Assembly (NCBI GenBank): GCA_050248855.1
Contig: JBFWRP010000022.1
Location: 9,897 to 73,896 of the forward strand
Reading direction: 5' to 3'
DNA from: Planctomycetota bacterium
GTDB lineage: Bacteria; Planctomycetota; PLA2; JAEUHO01
DNA length: 64,000 bases
This document shows, one piece after another, positions 48,239-57,847 of the stretch (position 1 is the first letter of the stretch; each line of letters begins with the position of its first letter). The notes below the pieces were generated by a model, which saw only the letters and a list, made by a program, of their open reading frames with translations, did no database searches and had not been told where the DNA came from. The position numbers were made by a program, and so were the translations under genes.

Positions 48239-49634
48239 GATCCTCCCCCGGGTGCAGCAGTAGGGCGAACGCCATGGCGGCCAGCGCGAAGCTCCAGAGC
48301 CACCACGGCAGCTTGGCCACGATCGACTCCAGGCTCCGCTCGCGCGTGAGGCGGTGCACGGCGACGAGCAGCAGGCCCAACGCGGCGGCGACCAAGGCTC
48401 CGTCCTGGGTCAGACGCGCCACGCCTTGGTCGCCCGCGAACATCGCCCGGAACGTCTCCTGGGTCTGGGCGAACGAGCGGGCACGGAAGGGAACCCACGT
48501 CAGCAACACGCCGGCGAGCGTCAGGATCCACAGGGCCAAGCGCGTGGCCCGATGGCCGGAGATGCGCCAGGCACCGAAGCGCCTGACGACGACACGCTCG
48601 AGGACGAGCAGTGCCCCGTGCAGCCCCCCCCACGCCACGAAGGTCCACGCGGCCCCGTGCCAGAGACCGCCCAGCAGCATGACGACCATGAGGTTGCGGT
48701 ACGTCCGGGCGGCGCTGTCGCGATTGCCGCCGAGCGGGATGTAGAGGTAGTCGCGGAGCCAGAACGAGAGCGACAGGTGCCAGCGCCGCCAGAAGTCGGA
48801 GAATCCGATCGCACCGTACGGGCGGCGGAAGTTGTCGGGCAGCTCGAAGCCCATCGTCATGGCAAGGCCGATCGCGCACGTGCTGTAGCCCGCGAAGTCG
48901 CAGAAGATCTGGCCCGCGAAGGCCAGCGTCCCGCACCAGGCATCGAGCGCCGTGGGCAGGACGCCGGAGGCGGCAAACAGGCGATCGGCCTGAGGCGCGA
49001 ACCACGCGTCGGCCAGCACCTTCTTCTGGAAGAGGCCGACCAAGAACAGCGAGAGGCCCCACCCCAGCCGGCCGCCGCAGAACCTCGGGGCCTTCTCGAG
49101 CTGCGGGAGGAAGTGGCTGCTGCGCACGATCGGGCCGGCCACCAGCTGCGGGAAGAACGACACGTAGACCGCGAAGTCCAGCGTCGAACTCCAGGCCCGC
49201 GAGCGCCTCAGGTAGACGTCGAGCGTGTAGGAGAGCGTCTGGAACGTGTAGAAGGAGATGCCCACGGGCAGCACCACGTCCCAGACGGGCGGCGCCCAGG
49301 CGAGCCCGAGCTGGCCCAGACCGTCCCGCAGCGACACCAGCAGGAAGCCGCCGTACTTGAAGTAGCCGAGCAGGCCGAGGTTGACGGCGAGGCTTGCGAA
49401 GAGGAAGGCGCGGCGTCGGCCCCCATCGGGCAGCGCGTCGATGCGGCGGGCCACCCAGGCATCCACGATCGTGGAGAGCACGAGCAGGAGGACGAAGGGC
49501 GGGTTCCACGCCGCGTAGAAGAGGTAGCTCGAAACGAGCAGGTGCAGCTTCTTGGCGCGCCACGGAAGCGGCAGCCAGTACACGCCGAAGACCACGGCGA
49601 AGAAGGCCGCGAAGGTCCAGGTGTCAAAGCTCAC
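48213..49634 (-). CDS. MBOAT O-acyltransferase (AlgI/PatA-like)
   Basis: LPVGISFYTFQ, FFPQLVAGPIVR, DFAGYS, FWRRWHLSLS, GLWHGA, FIYFQF. Confidence 0.93.
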   Translation of the reverse strand: MSFDTWTFAAFFAVVFGVYWLPLPWRAKKLHLLVSSYLFYAAWNPPFVLLLVLSTIVDAWVARRIDALPDGGRRRAFLFASLAVNLGLLGYFKYGGFLLVSLRDGLGQLGLAWAPPVWDVVLPVGISFYTFQTLSYTLDVYLRRSRAWSSTLDFAVYVSFFPQLVAGPIVRSSHFLPQLEKAPRFCGGRLGWGLSLFLVGLFQKKVLADAWFAPQADRLFAASGVLPTALDAWCGTLAFAGQIFCDFAGYSTCAIGLAMTMGFELPDNFRRPYGAIGFSDFWRRWHLSLSFWLRDYLYIPLGGNRDSAARTYRNLMVVMLLGGLWHGAAWTFVAWGGLHGALLVLERVVVRRFGAWRISGHRATRLALWILTLAGVLLTWVPFRARSFAQTQETFRAMFAGDQGVARLTQDGALVAAALGLLLVAVHRLTRERSLESIVAKLPWWLWSFALAAMAFALLLHPGEDRAFIYFQF

Positions 49635-49766
49635 GGACGCGCGGCCCCGTGGCCCGCGGCGAGGCCGCCTGCGGCCCCCTGCTCGACCCTCCTCACGGAC
49701 CCGGACACGCGTGCTCCTCCCGCAGCACGATCCCCGGCCCCGCCCCGAAGTCCAGCCGCAGGGGCC

Positions 49767-51293
49767 CTACCGTGGGGGTGGGCGTCGGTAGCGCTCCGTG
49801 GTGACGGCGCCGAAGGCTTGCCGGCCTTCGAAGGCCCAACCGCCTGCGGCCAGCTCGTTTGCCAGCCACGCGCGTCCGTGGTCGACCTGCGGATGGTGGG
49901 CAGGCGTGCCGACGAGCCAGACGTGCTCGCGGCCTGCCAGCAGGGCCTGAAGCGGGGCCCCGTCGAGCTCGGCGCGAAGCCCGTGCCGGCGCGGGTCGGG
50001 CGGGCGTTCGTGGCCCGGCAGCGCGTCGAGGCCGCGAGGAAGGGCCACGACGGTGGGCTTGGCGTCGGGCCAGTAGAAGGAGAGCGCGCGCTCGGACCAC
50101 GGCGGCACCACGAGGACGATGTCGTCGGGACCGGCGTCGGCGCGCAGGTGCTCCGCGGCGGCGCTCCAGCGCTCGATCTCGAGGCGCTCCAGTTGACGAG
50201 GCATGCGCAGCGTCCCGCGCACCACGACGAAGCCCAGCAGCAGCGTGGCCGCGACGAGCAAGGGCCGGCGCTCCAGTCGTGCGACGAACACACCGGCCAG
50301 CACGCACCAAAGGCCGGCGAGCCAAGCCGCGTAACGCGGCTGGGCGAAGCTCCCCGCGGCGGCGAGGGCGACGTACGTGATGCACCACGCCAGGAACGCG
50401 GCCACGAGTGCGCGACCGTAGGGGCGCCCTGGTTCGGACGCGCACCCACAGCCGGTGAGGCACAGGGCCAAGAGCGGGAGCGAGAGGAGCCAGGCGCCTG
50501 CGCCCAGGGAGCGCCAGGGCGTGAGGTCGACGAGGTGCTCGCGCGCCAGGGCGGCAAGGGCACCACCGCTCCCGTCAAGTCGCGCGAACGCAACCCCGGG
50601 TCGCCCGATCACATCGCGTGCCTGCATCCCCAGCGAGGGGATCCACGGGAGGAGCAGGACGATCGCGATGCCCGCGGCGAGCGCCAAGCCGTGGAGGTCG
50701 CGGCGGAGAGGACGGCTGGCGAGGACGAACGCGGCAAGGGCGATCGCGGCGTGCAGGGCGTAGTAGAAGGCGTACGCACTGGCGCCGAGCAGCACGCCGG
50801 CGAGGACCCACTCGCGCCAGCGCGTGCGCTGCAGGGCGGCAAGCATCGCCACCCAGGCCCAGGCCGAGAGCGCCGCCATGAGCACGATCGGTCGCGCCTC
50901 GGCGGCCGGGCGGGCCAGGTACCAGCTGACGCAGGCGAGCGCGAAGGTGATGGTCCCAGCGCGCCAGCCACCAAGCTGCCTTGCGACGGTGGCAAACCCC
51001 GCGGCGGCCGCGAGCCCCAAGAGCACGGAGAGCCAGCGGACCGCGCCCTCCCCCTGCCCCACCACCTGCATCCAGCCGTGGAGCAGCAGGAAGTAGAGCG
51101 GGGGGTGCGTGTCGCGCTCGGCGAGCGCCGCGGGGATCTCGCCCGCGGGCAGGCTCGCCATGCGGACCGAGAAGACCTCGTCGATCCAGAAGTCGCGATC
51201 CAGCGCCGGGAGGCGGTTCACGAGGTAGAGGGCCAGCAGCGCCAGCCCGACGGACGTGAGGGCGATGCGCGAGCGCTTGGCAGCGACGTCCAT
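49767..51293 (-). CDS. GT-C glycosyltransferase (PMT/ArnT-like)
   Basis: FWIDE, HPPLYF, EAR motif, multiple TM helices, PRY. Confidence 0.82.
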   Translation of the reverse strand: MDVAAKRSRIALTSVGLALLALYLVNRLPALDRDFWIDEVFSVRMASLPAGEIPAALAERDTHPPLYFLLLHGWMQVVGQGEGAVRWLSVLLGLAAAAGFATVARQLGGWRAGTITFALACVSWYLARPAAEARPIVLMAALSAWAWVAMLAALQRTRWREWVLAGVLLGASAYAFYYALHAAIALAAFVLASRPLRRDLHGLALAAGIAIVLLLPWIPSLGMQARDVIGRPGVAFARLDGSGGALAALAREHLVDLTPWRSLGAGAWLLSLPLLALCLTGCGCASEPGRPYGRALVAAFLAWCITYVALAAAGSFAQPRYAAWLAGLWCVLAGVFVARLERRPLLVAATLLLGFVVVRGTLRMPRQLERLEIERWSAAAEHLRADAGPDDIVLVVPPWSERALSFYWPDAKPTVVALPRGLDALPGHERPPDPRRHGLRAELDGAPLQALLAGREHVWLVGTPAHHPQVDHGRAWLANELAAGGWAFEGRQAFGAVTTERYRRPPPR

Positions 51294-51369
51294 GCTCCGT
51301 CTCCCTGCTCTGCGCTCGTGCGCGCGACCCGGGAGGCTATCCGGCCGGGTACGAACGACACGCGCGGCG

Positions 51370-52185
51370 TCAGCGAGCGAGCGCCAGGACCTCGATCGGC
51401 AGCGCTGCGCCGTGGGAGAGCCAAGGATCGGGACTGCGCCGGTGGCGGCTGTGGGCGTAGACGATCCCCACCAGCTCGTGCGTGACGGCGTCGAACACGG
51501 GGGCGCCCGAGCTGCCGGGCGGGGCGTCGAAGGCGAGGCCGATCGTGGGGTGGAAGCCCCAGCGCGGCCCCTCGAAGACGAGGTCGTCGCCCTGCGGTCG
51601 GTAGCTTGCTCGCGCGTTCGGCGGCAGGGCGCTCGCGGGATCGCTCGTTACCCGGTACGGGAACAGCACGCGCCGGGGCGTCGTGACATCCAATGGCGCG
51701 CCGTGGGCGTGGTGGGCGACGTAGACCGTCTGGCCTTCGTGGACGCTGGCACGCGCCAGCGGTACGGGCGCTTGCGGGACGGGAGCCGCGAGCACGAGCA
51801 CCGTGGCGTCGAGGTCCGGGCCGAGGTCGCGGAAGGCCTTGACGGGTACGCGCGGGCTCGAGCTGTCGCTGCCCGTCCACGCGAAGGCGACCTCGAGGGT
51901 CGTGGCCTGGACGCGCTCGGGCAGCTCGGCGTAGACGCGTGTGACGTGCAGGCACGTCAGGACCTGGTCCGCCGCCACGAGCACGCCCGTGCCGATCGGC
52001 CTCCGTTCCCCTTGCCGGAAGATGGCGGCCGTGGCGTCTACGTTGCGCTCACGGAGCCTTGCCGCGGCGTCGCGTGCGTCGCTCCGCGAGGCGGGCGCGA
52101 TCGCCGCCGTCCCCACGAGGAGGACGGCGACGAGTCGCGGGAGCACCTCGGAGCGCCGGGCCGGGAGAGGGCGCAGGGTGTCCAT
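51370..52185 (-). CDS. Secreted trypsin-like serine protease
   Basis: Signal peptide; VLTCLHV (His), LDATVL (Asp), PGSSGAPV (Ser). Confidence 0.8.
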   Translation of the reverse strand: MDTLRPLPARRSEVLPRLVAVLLVGTAAIAPASRSDARDAAARLRERNVDATAAIFRQGERRPIGTGVLVAADQVLTCLHVTRVYAELPERVQATTLEVAFAWTGSDSSSPRVPVKAFRDLGPDLDATVLVLAAPVPQAPVPLARASVHEGQTVYVAHHAHGAPLDVTTPRRVLFPYRVTSDPASALPPNARASYRPQGDDLVFEGPRWGFHPTIGLAFDAPPGSSGAPVFDAVTHELVGIVYAHSRHRRSPDPWLSHGAALPIEVLALAR

Positions 52186-52193
52186 CGTGCGGC

Positions 52194-52655
52194 CTAGGGC
52201 AGCACCGGGCTCACGTCGCGAACGACGACCTCGAGGTCCTCGAGGGACTCGACGTGGTCGTAGCTCGTGACGATGTCGTCGAGCATCTCTTGAAGCGAGT
52301 TCCCGCCGGTTCCGAGGTAGCGCGTGGTCAGGGCCACGCTGGTGGCCAGGGGGCCGGGGATCACGTAGCCGCTCGTGGTGATCAGGTACTCGGTACCCTC
52401 ACCATCCGCGGTGCTGTCGGTCACGTAGAGCCATGCTACCGGATGCAGGGGGTCGGTGGAGTAGAAGTCGAAGACACCTCCCCCGTAGCGGCTGCCCAGT
52501 CCGGCTTGGAGCAGCTCGCCGATGGACTTGCTGCTCGGAGCGCAGGTCGAGCTCATCGATGCGGTCGCGGGGGCGCCGTCGTGGAGGAAGGTGCCCATCG
52601 CAGCAAGCAGAAGGAGCCCTGCGAAGGCGCAGATCGGGTAGGGAATGCGATACAT
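52194..52655 (-). CDS. Hypothetical secreted protein
   Basis: GAGGT RBS before ATG 52655, hydrophobic N-terminus, compact ORF co-oriented between kinase and protease. Confidence 0.6.
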   Translation of the reverse strand: MYRIPYPICAFAGLLLLAAMGTFLHDGAPATASMSSTCAPSSKSIGELLQAGLGSRYGGGVFDFYSTDPLHPVAWLYVTDSTADGEGTEYLITTSGYVIPGPLATSVALTTRYLGTGGNSLQEMLDDIVTSYDHVESLEDLEVVVRDVSPVLP

Positions 52656-52740
52656 CGTGGACCTCACGTCGTTGGGGTGAGCCCGGGTGTGGCCCGGGGG
52701 ACCGCAGACGTGCGATCCGTCCTTCGGTTACGGAATCAGG

Positions 52741-55494
52741 TCACCAACCTTGCAGCGCTTCCGAGATCGAGATCGCGAGCAGCGGCATGTCCGGCGGAGC
52801 CCCGATCTCCGGGGCGCGTCGGCGGACCTGCTCCATCAGCTGCTCCCGGGGTGCGCCCGGGACACGTGCCAGCAGGGCACCCGCACACACCACGACATGC
52901 GGGTTGGGATGGGCGAGGACCTCCGACACCAGCTCGTCCAGGACGTCGTCGGGCACGCCGGGCGGAAGCAACGCCTGAAAGGCACGCATGGTGTAGAGCC
53001 ACGGGAGCATGCGCTTCGCTGGATGGGCATCGAGCGCCACGTCGGCGAGCTGCCGGGCCCTGGCCAGGTCGCCAGCGCGCCAGGCGATCTCGGCTTCCAA
53101 CGTGGCGAGGCTGGCCACCTCGAGCTTGCTGGCGAAACGCCGCGCGATCTCGACCGACTCCACGTCCGGCTCGAGGGGCTGCCGGGAGCGGTACGCGATG
53201 TGGCGTAGCTGCTCATCGTGGGCGAGCTCGAACTGGGGGATCCTCAAGTCGCGCGCGAGGACGGCTCCTTCCTCGATGGCCTCCCGCGCACCCGCCATGT
53301 CCCCTACGTTGAGCAGGGCTGTCGAGAGGGTCTCCAACGCCCTGAGGCGCGCGGCAGGCGAGACCTGTGCGCCGGTCAGCTGGCGCTGGAGCCTGGCCTC
53401 CTCGGCGTAGTCCTCGGCCAGGTGGGCCTGCCACGCCCGCGTGCCAAGAGCGTAGGGCACGAGCTCGCGATGGCCGGACTCGATGGCGGCTTCCAGCTTG
53501 CCTTGCTCGGCAGCGAGCGCGGACGTCGAGCGCCTCCCCACCATCAGCCGGACGGACGCGACGAGGCGGCGAAGTAGTGGCGTCGGCGCCTCGAGGATCT
53601 CGGGCGCACGATCGAGCGCGTGGGCGTAGTCGGCGTGCATGGCGCGATCCACGGCGTGCGCGACCCGCTCGAGGAAGTGCACGCCCGGATCGGCTGGCAG
53701 CAGCCCCAAGCGGCGGCGCAAGGCGTTGATGGCAGGAGGCGTCGGGGCCAGCAGCGTGGCCGCGAGGACGAGCTCCAAAAGGGGTAGTCGCGCGCGCGAG
53801 TCCGCGGCCCCTGCGAGGGCACGCAGGCCGGCCTCACAGGCCCACACGGCGAGGTCAGGGTCCGACGACACCTCGATGGCGTGCGTGGCCACGTCGACCG
53901 CGACCGCGGGGACACGAGCGATGTGCGCCGGCGCGGAGAGCAGGACCAGGCGCAGGGGATCGCCGCTCGCCAGCTGGTCGGCCAAGCGTGCGCGAAGCTC
54001 CGCGCCCTCGTCCTCGATGCGTGCGAGCGCTTCCGGGGGGAGGCGCCAGACCCTGGCCTGCGTCCCCGAGGTGTCGGGGAGCCAAGAACCTCGTGCGAGC
54101 TCGTCCCGCGCCCCGCCCACCGCCTCGGGAGGGAGCCCGAGCACGGCTGCGGCCGTCGGGTCGTCGAGCTCGATGGGCGAGAGGTACGTCAGCGCGAGGA
54201 GCCGGAGCGCGTTCTTCGTGGCAGGCCGCGCCTCGGTCGCAAGCGAGGGGCGAGGTGTGTTGAACCAGGCCATCTTCGCGGCCTGGAGCCCCGCGCGGTC
54301 GATCTCGAAGAGGTCCCCCTCCCAGCGTCCGAACCCTGCGCGCTCCCACGCGTCGAGGCGCTCGAGGACGGCGTCGGCGTCGGCAGGGGCTTCGGCCAGG
54401 AGCTGCTGGGCGCCGTCGCTCGGGATGTGGAACCAGCGCTCGGGGCCGGCGAAGAGGGTGGAGAGGAGGCCCCGGCGGGCGGCGTCGTCATCGAGCGTCG
54501 CGAGCGGCGCGAGGCGCGCACGGGCCGCGGCGTGGCGGTTCTCGACCCCGCCGCGCAGGCCCGCGAGCGCCTCCGCAACAGACCCGGGGCGTGCGTCGGG
54601 ATCGCGCGCAAGCAGGGCCTGCACCGTGTGGACGACGCCTTCGGGGGCCTCGAGGTCGGCCGGTGGCTCTCCCGTGGACCACCCGAGCGCATCGCCCAGC
54701 AACACGCCCACGGCGAAGAGGTCGCTTCGCACGTCCGGGGGACTGCCCATCAACAGCTCGGGCGCGAGGTAGCGGGGCGTGCCCGCCAGAGGCCGTGCCT
54801 CGACGTCGTCCAGCGAACGCGCGATGCCGAGGTCCAGGACCTGGGGACGCCCCTCGCGGTCCACGAGCACGTTGCTGGGCTTGAGGTCGCCGTGGACCAT
54901 GCCGGCCCAGTGGATGCGGCCGAGCACTTCGAGCAGGGCCAGCGCGAGCGAACGGAGCTCGGCCCACGGGAGCGGGCCCTCGGCGCCGGGGAAGGGACGC
55001 CCCGCAACGAGATCCATCACCAGGTAGGGCCCGACGGCGTCGATGCCGTCCTCGTGCAAGGCCACCACACCGGGGAGGCGAAGCAGCCGCAGCGTGGCCG
55101 CTTCGCGCCGTGGGTCGACCACCCCGCCCAGGGCCGAGGTGTGGAACACCTTCACGGCCCGCGTCTCGCCCGTGATGCGGTCCTCGGCCTCGTAGACGGT
55201 GCCGCTCCCGCCCGAGCCGAGGATCTGCTTTAGGGCGAAGCGCCCGGCGATGTCGGTGCCGACCAGGGCCTGGGCATCGAAGGCGGGTGCGCCGGGCCCG
55301 GCCTCGGCGAAGAAGCGGGTTCCGGGGGGCCGGGGCAGCGAGGTGCGGGTCACCTCATGGGCGGCCAGGACCTGGGCGTGGAGGTCGGCGTCGCCGGGGT
55401 AGCGCTCGCGCAGCCAGGCCGCAGGGTCGGCGGGCCCTGCGTCGAGCAGGGCGTCCAGCAGCTCGCGGATGCGCGCGAAGCGGCCCTTGCTCAC
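52741..55494 (-). CDS. Hanks-type Ser/Thr protein kinase with long helical (TPR-like) C-terminus
   Basis: GSGGSGTV, AVK, HGDLKPSN, DLG, GTPRYLAPE, DLFAVG; start overlaps the ECF stop. Confidence 0.9.
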   Translation of the reverse strand: MSKGRFARIRELLDALLDAGPADPAAWLRERYPGDADLHAQVLAAHEVTRTSLPRPPGTRFFAEAGPGAPAFDAQALVGTDIAGRFALKQILGSGGSGTVYEAEDRITGETRAVKVFHTSALGGVVDPRREAATLRLLRLPGVVALHEDGIDAVGPYLVMDLVAGRPFPGAEGPLPWAELRSLALALLEVLGRIHWAGMVHGDLKPSNVLVDREGRPQVLDLGIARSLDDVEARPLAGTPRYLAPELLMGSPPDVRSDLFAVGVLLGDALGWSTGEPPADLEAPEGVVHTVQALLARDPDARPGSVAEALAGLRGGVENRHAAARARLAPLATLDDDAARRGLLSTLFAGPERWFHIPSDGAQQLLAEAPADADAVLERLDAWERAGFGRWEGDLFEIDRAGLQAAKMAWFNTPRPSLATEARPATKNALRLLALTYLSPIELDDPTAAAVLGLPPEAVGGARDELARGSWLPDTSGTQARVWRLPPEALARIEDEGAELRARLADQLASGDPLRLVLLSAPAHIARVPAVAVDVATHAIEVSSDPDLAVWACEAGLRALAGAADSRARLPLLELVLAATLLAPTPPAINALRRRLGLLPADPGVHFLERVAHAVDRAMHADYAHALDRAPEILEAPTPLLRRLVASVRLMVGRRSTSALAAEQGKLEAAIESGHRELVPYALGTRAWQAHLAEDYAEEARLQRQLTGAQVSPAARLRALETLSTALLNVGDMAGAREAIEEGAVLARDLRIPQFELAHDEQLRHIAYRSRQPLEPDVESVEIARRFASKLEVASLATLEAEIAWRAGDLARARQLADVALDAHPAKRMLPWLYTMRAFQALLPPGVPDDVLDELVSEVLAHPNPHVVVCAGALLARVPGAPREQLMEQVRRRAPEIGAPPDMPLLAISISEALQGW

Positions 55495-56045
55495 GCCAGG
55501 CGGTCCTGGAGCCAGAGCCGCGCCGTCTTGTAGTCGCGCTCGACGGTGCGCAGCGGCATGCCCGTGACTTCGGCGATGCCCTCCATGCCCAAGCCGCAGA
55601 AGAAGCGCAGCTCGACGACGCGCACGGCCCGGGCCCCCACCTCGTCCTCGGCCTCGAGCTCGCGCAGGGCCTCCTCGAAGTCGAGCAGGTCGATGCCAGT
55701 TTCGTCGAAGTGCTCGACGATGTCCTCGAGCGGCACGCGCTTGCCCTCGCGTTTGCGCTTCTTGCGGCCGCGGGTGCGGGCGTGGTCCACGAGGACTTGG
55801 CGCATGGCGCGGGCCGCCACGGCCATCACGTGTTCGGTCCTGTCCCAGCGCCCGGGGTCCTGGGCGTGGAGGCGCACCCAGGCCTCGTGGACCAGGGCCG
55901 TGGCCTGGAGCGTGTGGGCCGCGTGCTGACCGCGCATGTAGCCAGCGGCGAGCTGGCGCAGGGCCGCGTAGAGGTCGGCGAAGACCTTGTCGGGGTCGGC
56001 ACCCCCGCCCTCGCCGTCCGGCTGGCTGACCTGCTGCTCGGCCAC
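55491..56045 (-). CDS. ECF sigma factor (TIGR02999-type)
   Basis: HTLQATALVHEAWVRL, AARAMRQVLVDHAR, VVELRFFCGL, RTVERD...ARLWL. Confidence 0.92.
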   Translation of the reverse strand: MAEQQVSQPDGEGGGADPDKVFADLYAALRQLAAGYMRGQHAAHTLQATALVHEAWVRLHAQDPGRWDRTEHVMAVAARAMRQVLVDHARTRGRKKRKREGKRVPLEDIVEHFDETGIDLLDFEEALRELEAEDEVGARAVRVVELRFFCGLGMEGIAEVTGMPLRTVERDYKTARLWLQDRLA

Positions 56046-56140
56046 GCTCCCTCCCCCGACGCGCGAACTCCCCGGTCTCCTTTGGAGCCTGATTGTGCCC
56101 CGAAGTTCCGTATCAGTTCGTCATGCCGACGGCAAAGCCC

Positions 56141-56238
56141 GTACGGAGGCGGGGAATTCTTCCGCAACTTGCCGCCCTGCGCTTCGGCATGCGGAAGTGC
56201 CAATCGGCAAGTTGCGGAAGAAATCCCCGCCTCCGTAC
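56141..56238. repeat. REPIN-like palindromic element, type B, copy 2 (98 bp)
   Basis: Arms 56141-56174 / 56205-56238 (33/34 complementary), GTACGGAGGCGGGGAATTCTTCCGCAACTTGCCG; 30-nt spacer; shares a flank with the 31.3 kb copy. Confidence 0.88.
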
Positions 56239-56352
56239 CGTTGCAGGGGGGTTCCCAAGGCCGCCGGAGAGCCCTATCCTTCGGTGGCCCAGGGGGGTTG
56301 CCTGCGCGTGGAGCAGGTTCGCGAGACCAGTACGGGGGAAGGCCGCGGCGAC

Positions 56353-57075
56353 GTGGCTCCCGCTGCATCTCCACGCGCCGCGTGGCGCCCCATCACGCCG
56401 CTCGACGAGACGCGCTGGAGCCAGATCCTGCGGCTGGGCGAGCGCGGAGGCACGCCCGAGGAGCAGCGCGCGTGGTCCGACGCGTGGGACTACCTCTTCG
56501 CCACGTTTCGACCCGCGCTCGAGAACCAGGTGCGTCGCGTGCTGCGCCGCAACGGCTTCCCCGAGCAGGAGTGCGAGGACGTCGTCCAGGACTTCTGGGC
56601 CAAGTGCCTGGAGAAGGACTGGCTGACGAAGGCCGATCGGCAGATCGGGAAGTTCCGGACGTTCGCGTACGTCTGTGCGCGACGGTTCACGAGCAACCAT
56701 GTCGAGCGGGCTCGCGCGGCGAAGCGTTCGCCGGGGGAGGGCAAGCGGTTCCTGCCGCAGGAGGCAGCGGCGGCTGTGGCGGCGCCCAGCGGGACGTTTG
56801 GCGAGGATTGGGAGCTGTGTCGACTGCGCGCGGCGCTGGATCGCGTCGAGCAGCGGAGCCCGGTAAACGCGCGGTGGCTGCGGGCGCAGCTCGGGGAGCA
56901 ACTGGGGGTGTCTGCGCAGGCGCCTCCAGAGAGCCCGTATGTCGCTACGCGAGCGCGCAAGATGCTGCGCGAGGAACTCGCGTGGGTCGATGCCCAATCT
57001 GCGGACGGCGCCCGTGCGCTCGTGACGCAGCTCCGTCGGCCCGACTGCCCAGCAAACCAGGGGGGACTCAGATGA
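56353..57075 (+). CDS. ECF-type sigma-70 factor-like protein
   Basis: TRWSQI, AWDYLFATFRP, EDVVQDFW, ADRQIGKFRTF, FGEDW, LGVS...RARKMLREE. Start uncertain. Confidence 0.72.
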   Translation: MAPAASPRAAWRPITPLDETRWSQILRLGERGGTPEEQRAWSDAWDYLFATFRPALENQVRRVLRRNGFPEQECEDVVQDFWAKCLEKDWLTKADRQIGKFRTFAYVCARRFTSNHVERARAAKRSPGEGKRFLPQEAAAAVAAPSGTFGEDWELCRLRAALDRVEQRSPVNARWLRAQLGEQLGVSAQAPPESPYVATRARKMLREELAWVDAQSADGARALVTQLRRPDCPANQGGLR

Positions 57076-57668
57076 GCAACGGAGTTCGGCTTCGCGGCAC
57101 CAGCCACTCACCTGGCCTGCTTGCGCTTCTGGTCGCCATCGCGACACTTGCCGGCACGGGCTGCTCGTCGCGGCGCGCGAGGTGCGCCGTTCAGGCGTGC
57201 GCGGCAGGGGCACCCATCGTGGCCCCCATGGCCATGCCCGTGGCGATGGCGCCGCTGGCAGCCCCGGCGGAGAACGTGATCCTCGCGCGGGTTCCGCCGT
57301 TGGATCCCGGCATCGCGGTCGGCATTCCGGGTGCCGGACCGTCGAGCCAACCGTGGATGAACTACCTGGTCAACGTCAGCCCGACGGGCGCCCCAGATCG
57401 TCGACCCGTCTCGCAAGTCCTGGTGGAGATCCGGCGGGCCGCCTTGAACGCGTATTGCCAGAACACCGGCGCTGCCCCGACGGAGGGCACGTTCTGGCAG
57501 ATCGTTGATCACGTTGCCAACCTGTACGACGCGCCCGAGGAGTTCGATGCGGCCGGCGGCAGGCTGGCCTTGGCCCACCAGAAGGCGATGGCGGCCGCAT
57601 CGGCCAATCCTCCGACGGACGCCGCCTGGTGTGCCCTGCTGGGGGATCTCATGGCGGCGGACACGTAG
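57072..57668 (+). CDS. Hypothetical lipoprotein
   Basis: ATGA overlap with the ECF gene; hydrophobic stretch ending LAGTGC. Confidence 0.6.
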   Translation: MSNGVRLRGTSHSPGLLALLVAIATLAGTGCSSRRARCAVQACAAGAPIVAPMAMPVAMAPLAAPAENVILARVPPLDPGIAVGIPGAGPSSQPWMNYLVNVSPTGAPDRRPVSQVLVEIRRAALNAYCQNTGAAPTEGTFWQIVDHVANLYDAPEEFDAAGGRLALAHQKAMAAASANPPTDAAWCALLGDLMAADT

Positions 57669-57847
57669 TCGGCGAGCTCGACGTCGGGGATCGCTCATCC
57701 CGTGGCTGGGCAGCACCTCGGAGTGCTCCTGCGAGGTGCCCCCCGTCGCGGTCTGCCAAAGCAGGCCGACGCTCGAGCCACGGAGCTCTTCTCAGGCACT
57801 CCGCACGGGGGCGAGCTGGGCGAGCGCGGTGCGGCGCGCGGGCGAGG

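Noticed and set aside
48354..51485. 1043-aa plus-strand ORF and many similar antisense ORFs
   Set aside because: Shadow ORFs of genuine opposite-strand genes, expected from high-GC codon bias; no protein motifs.
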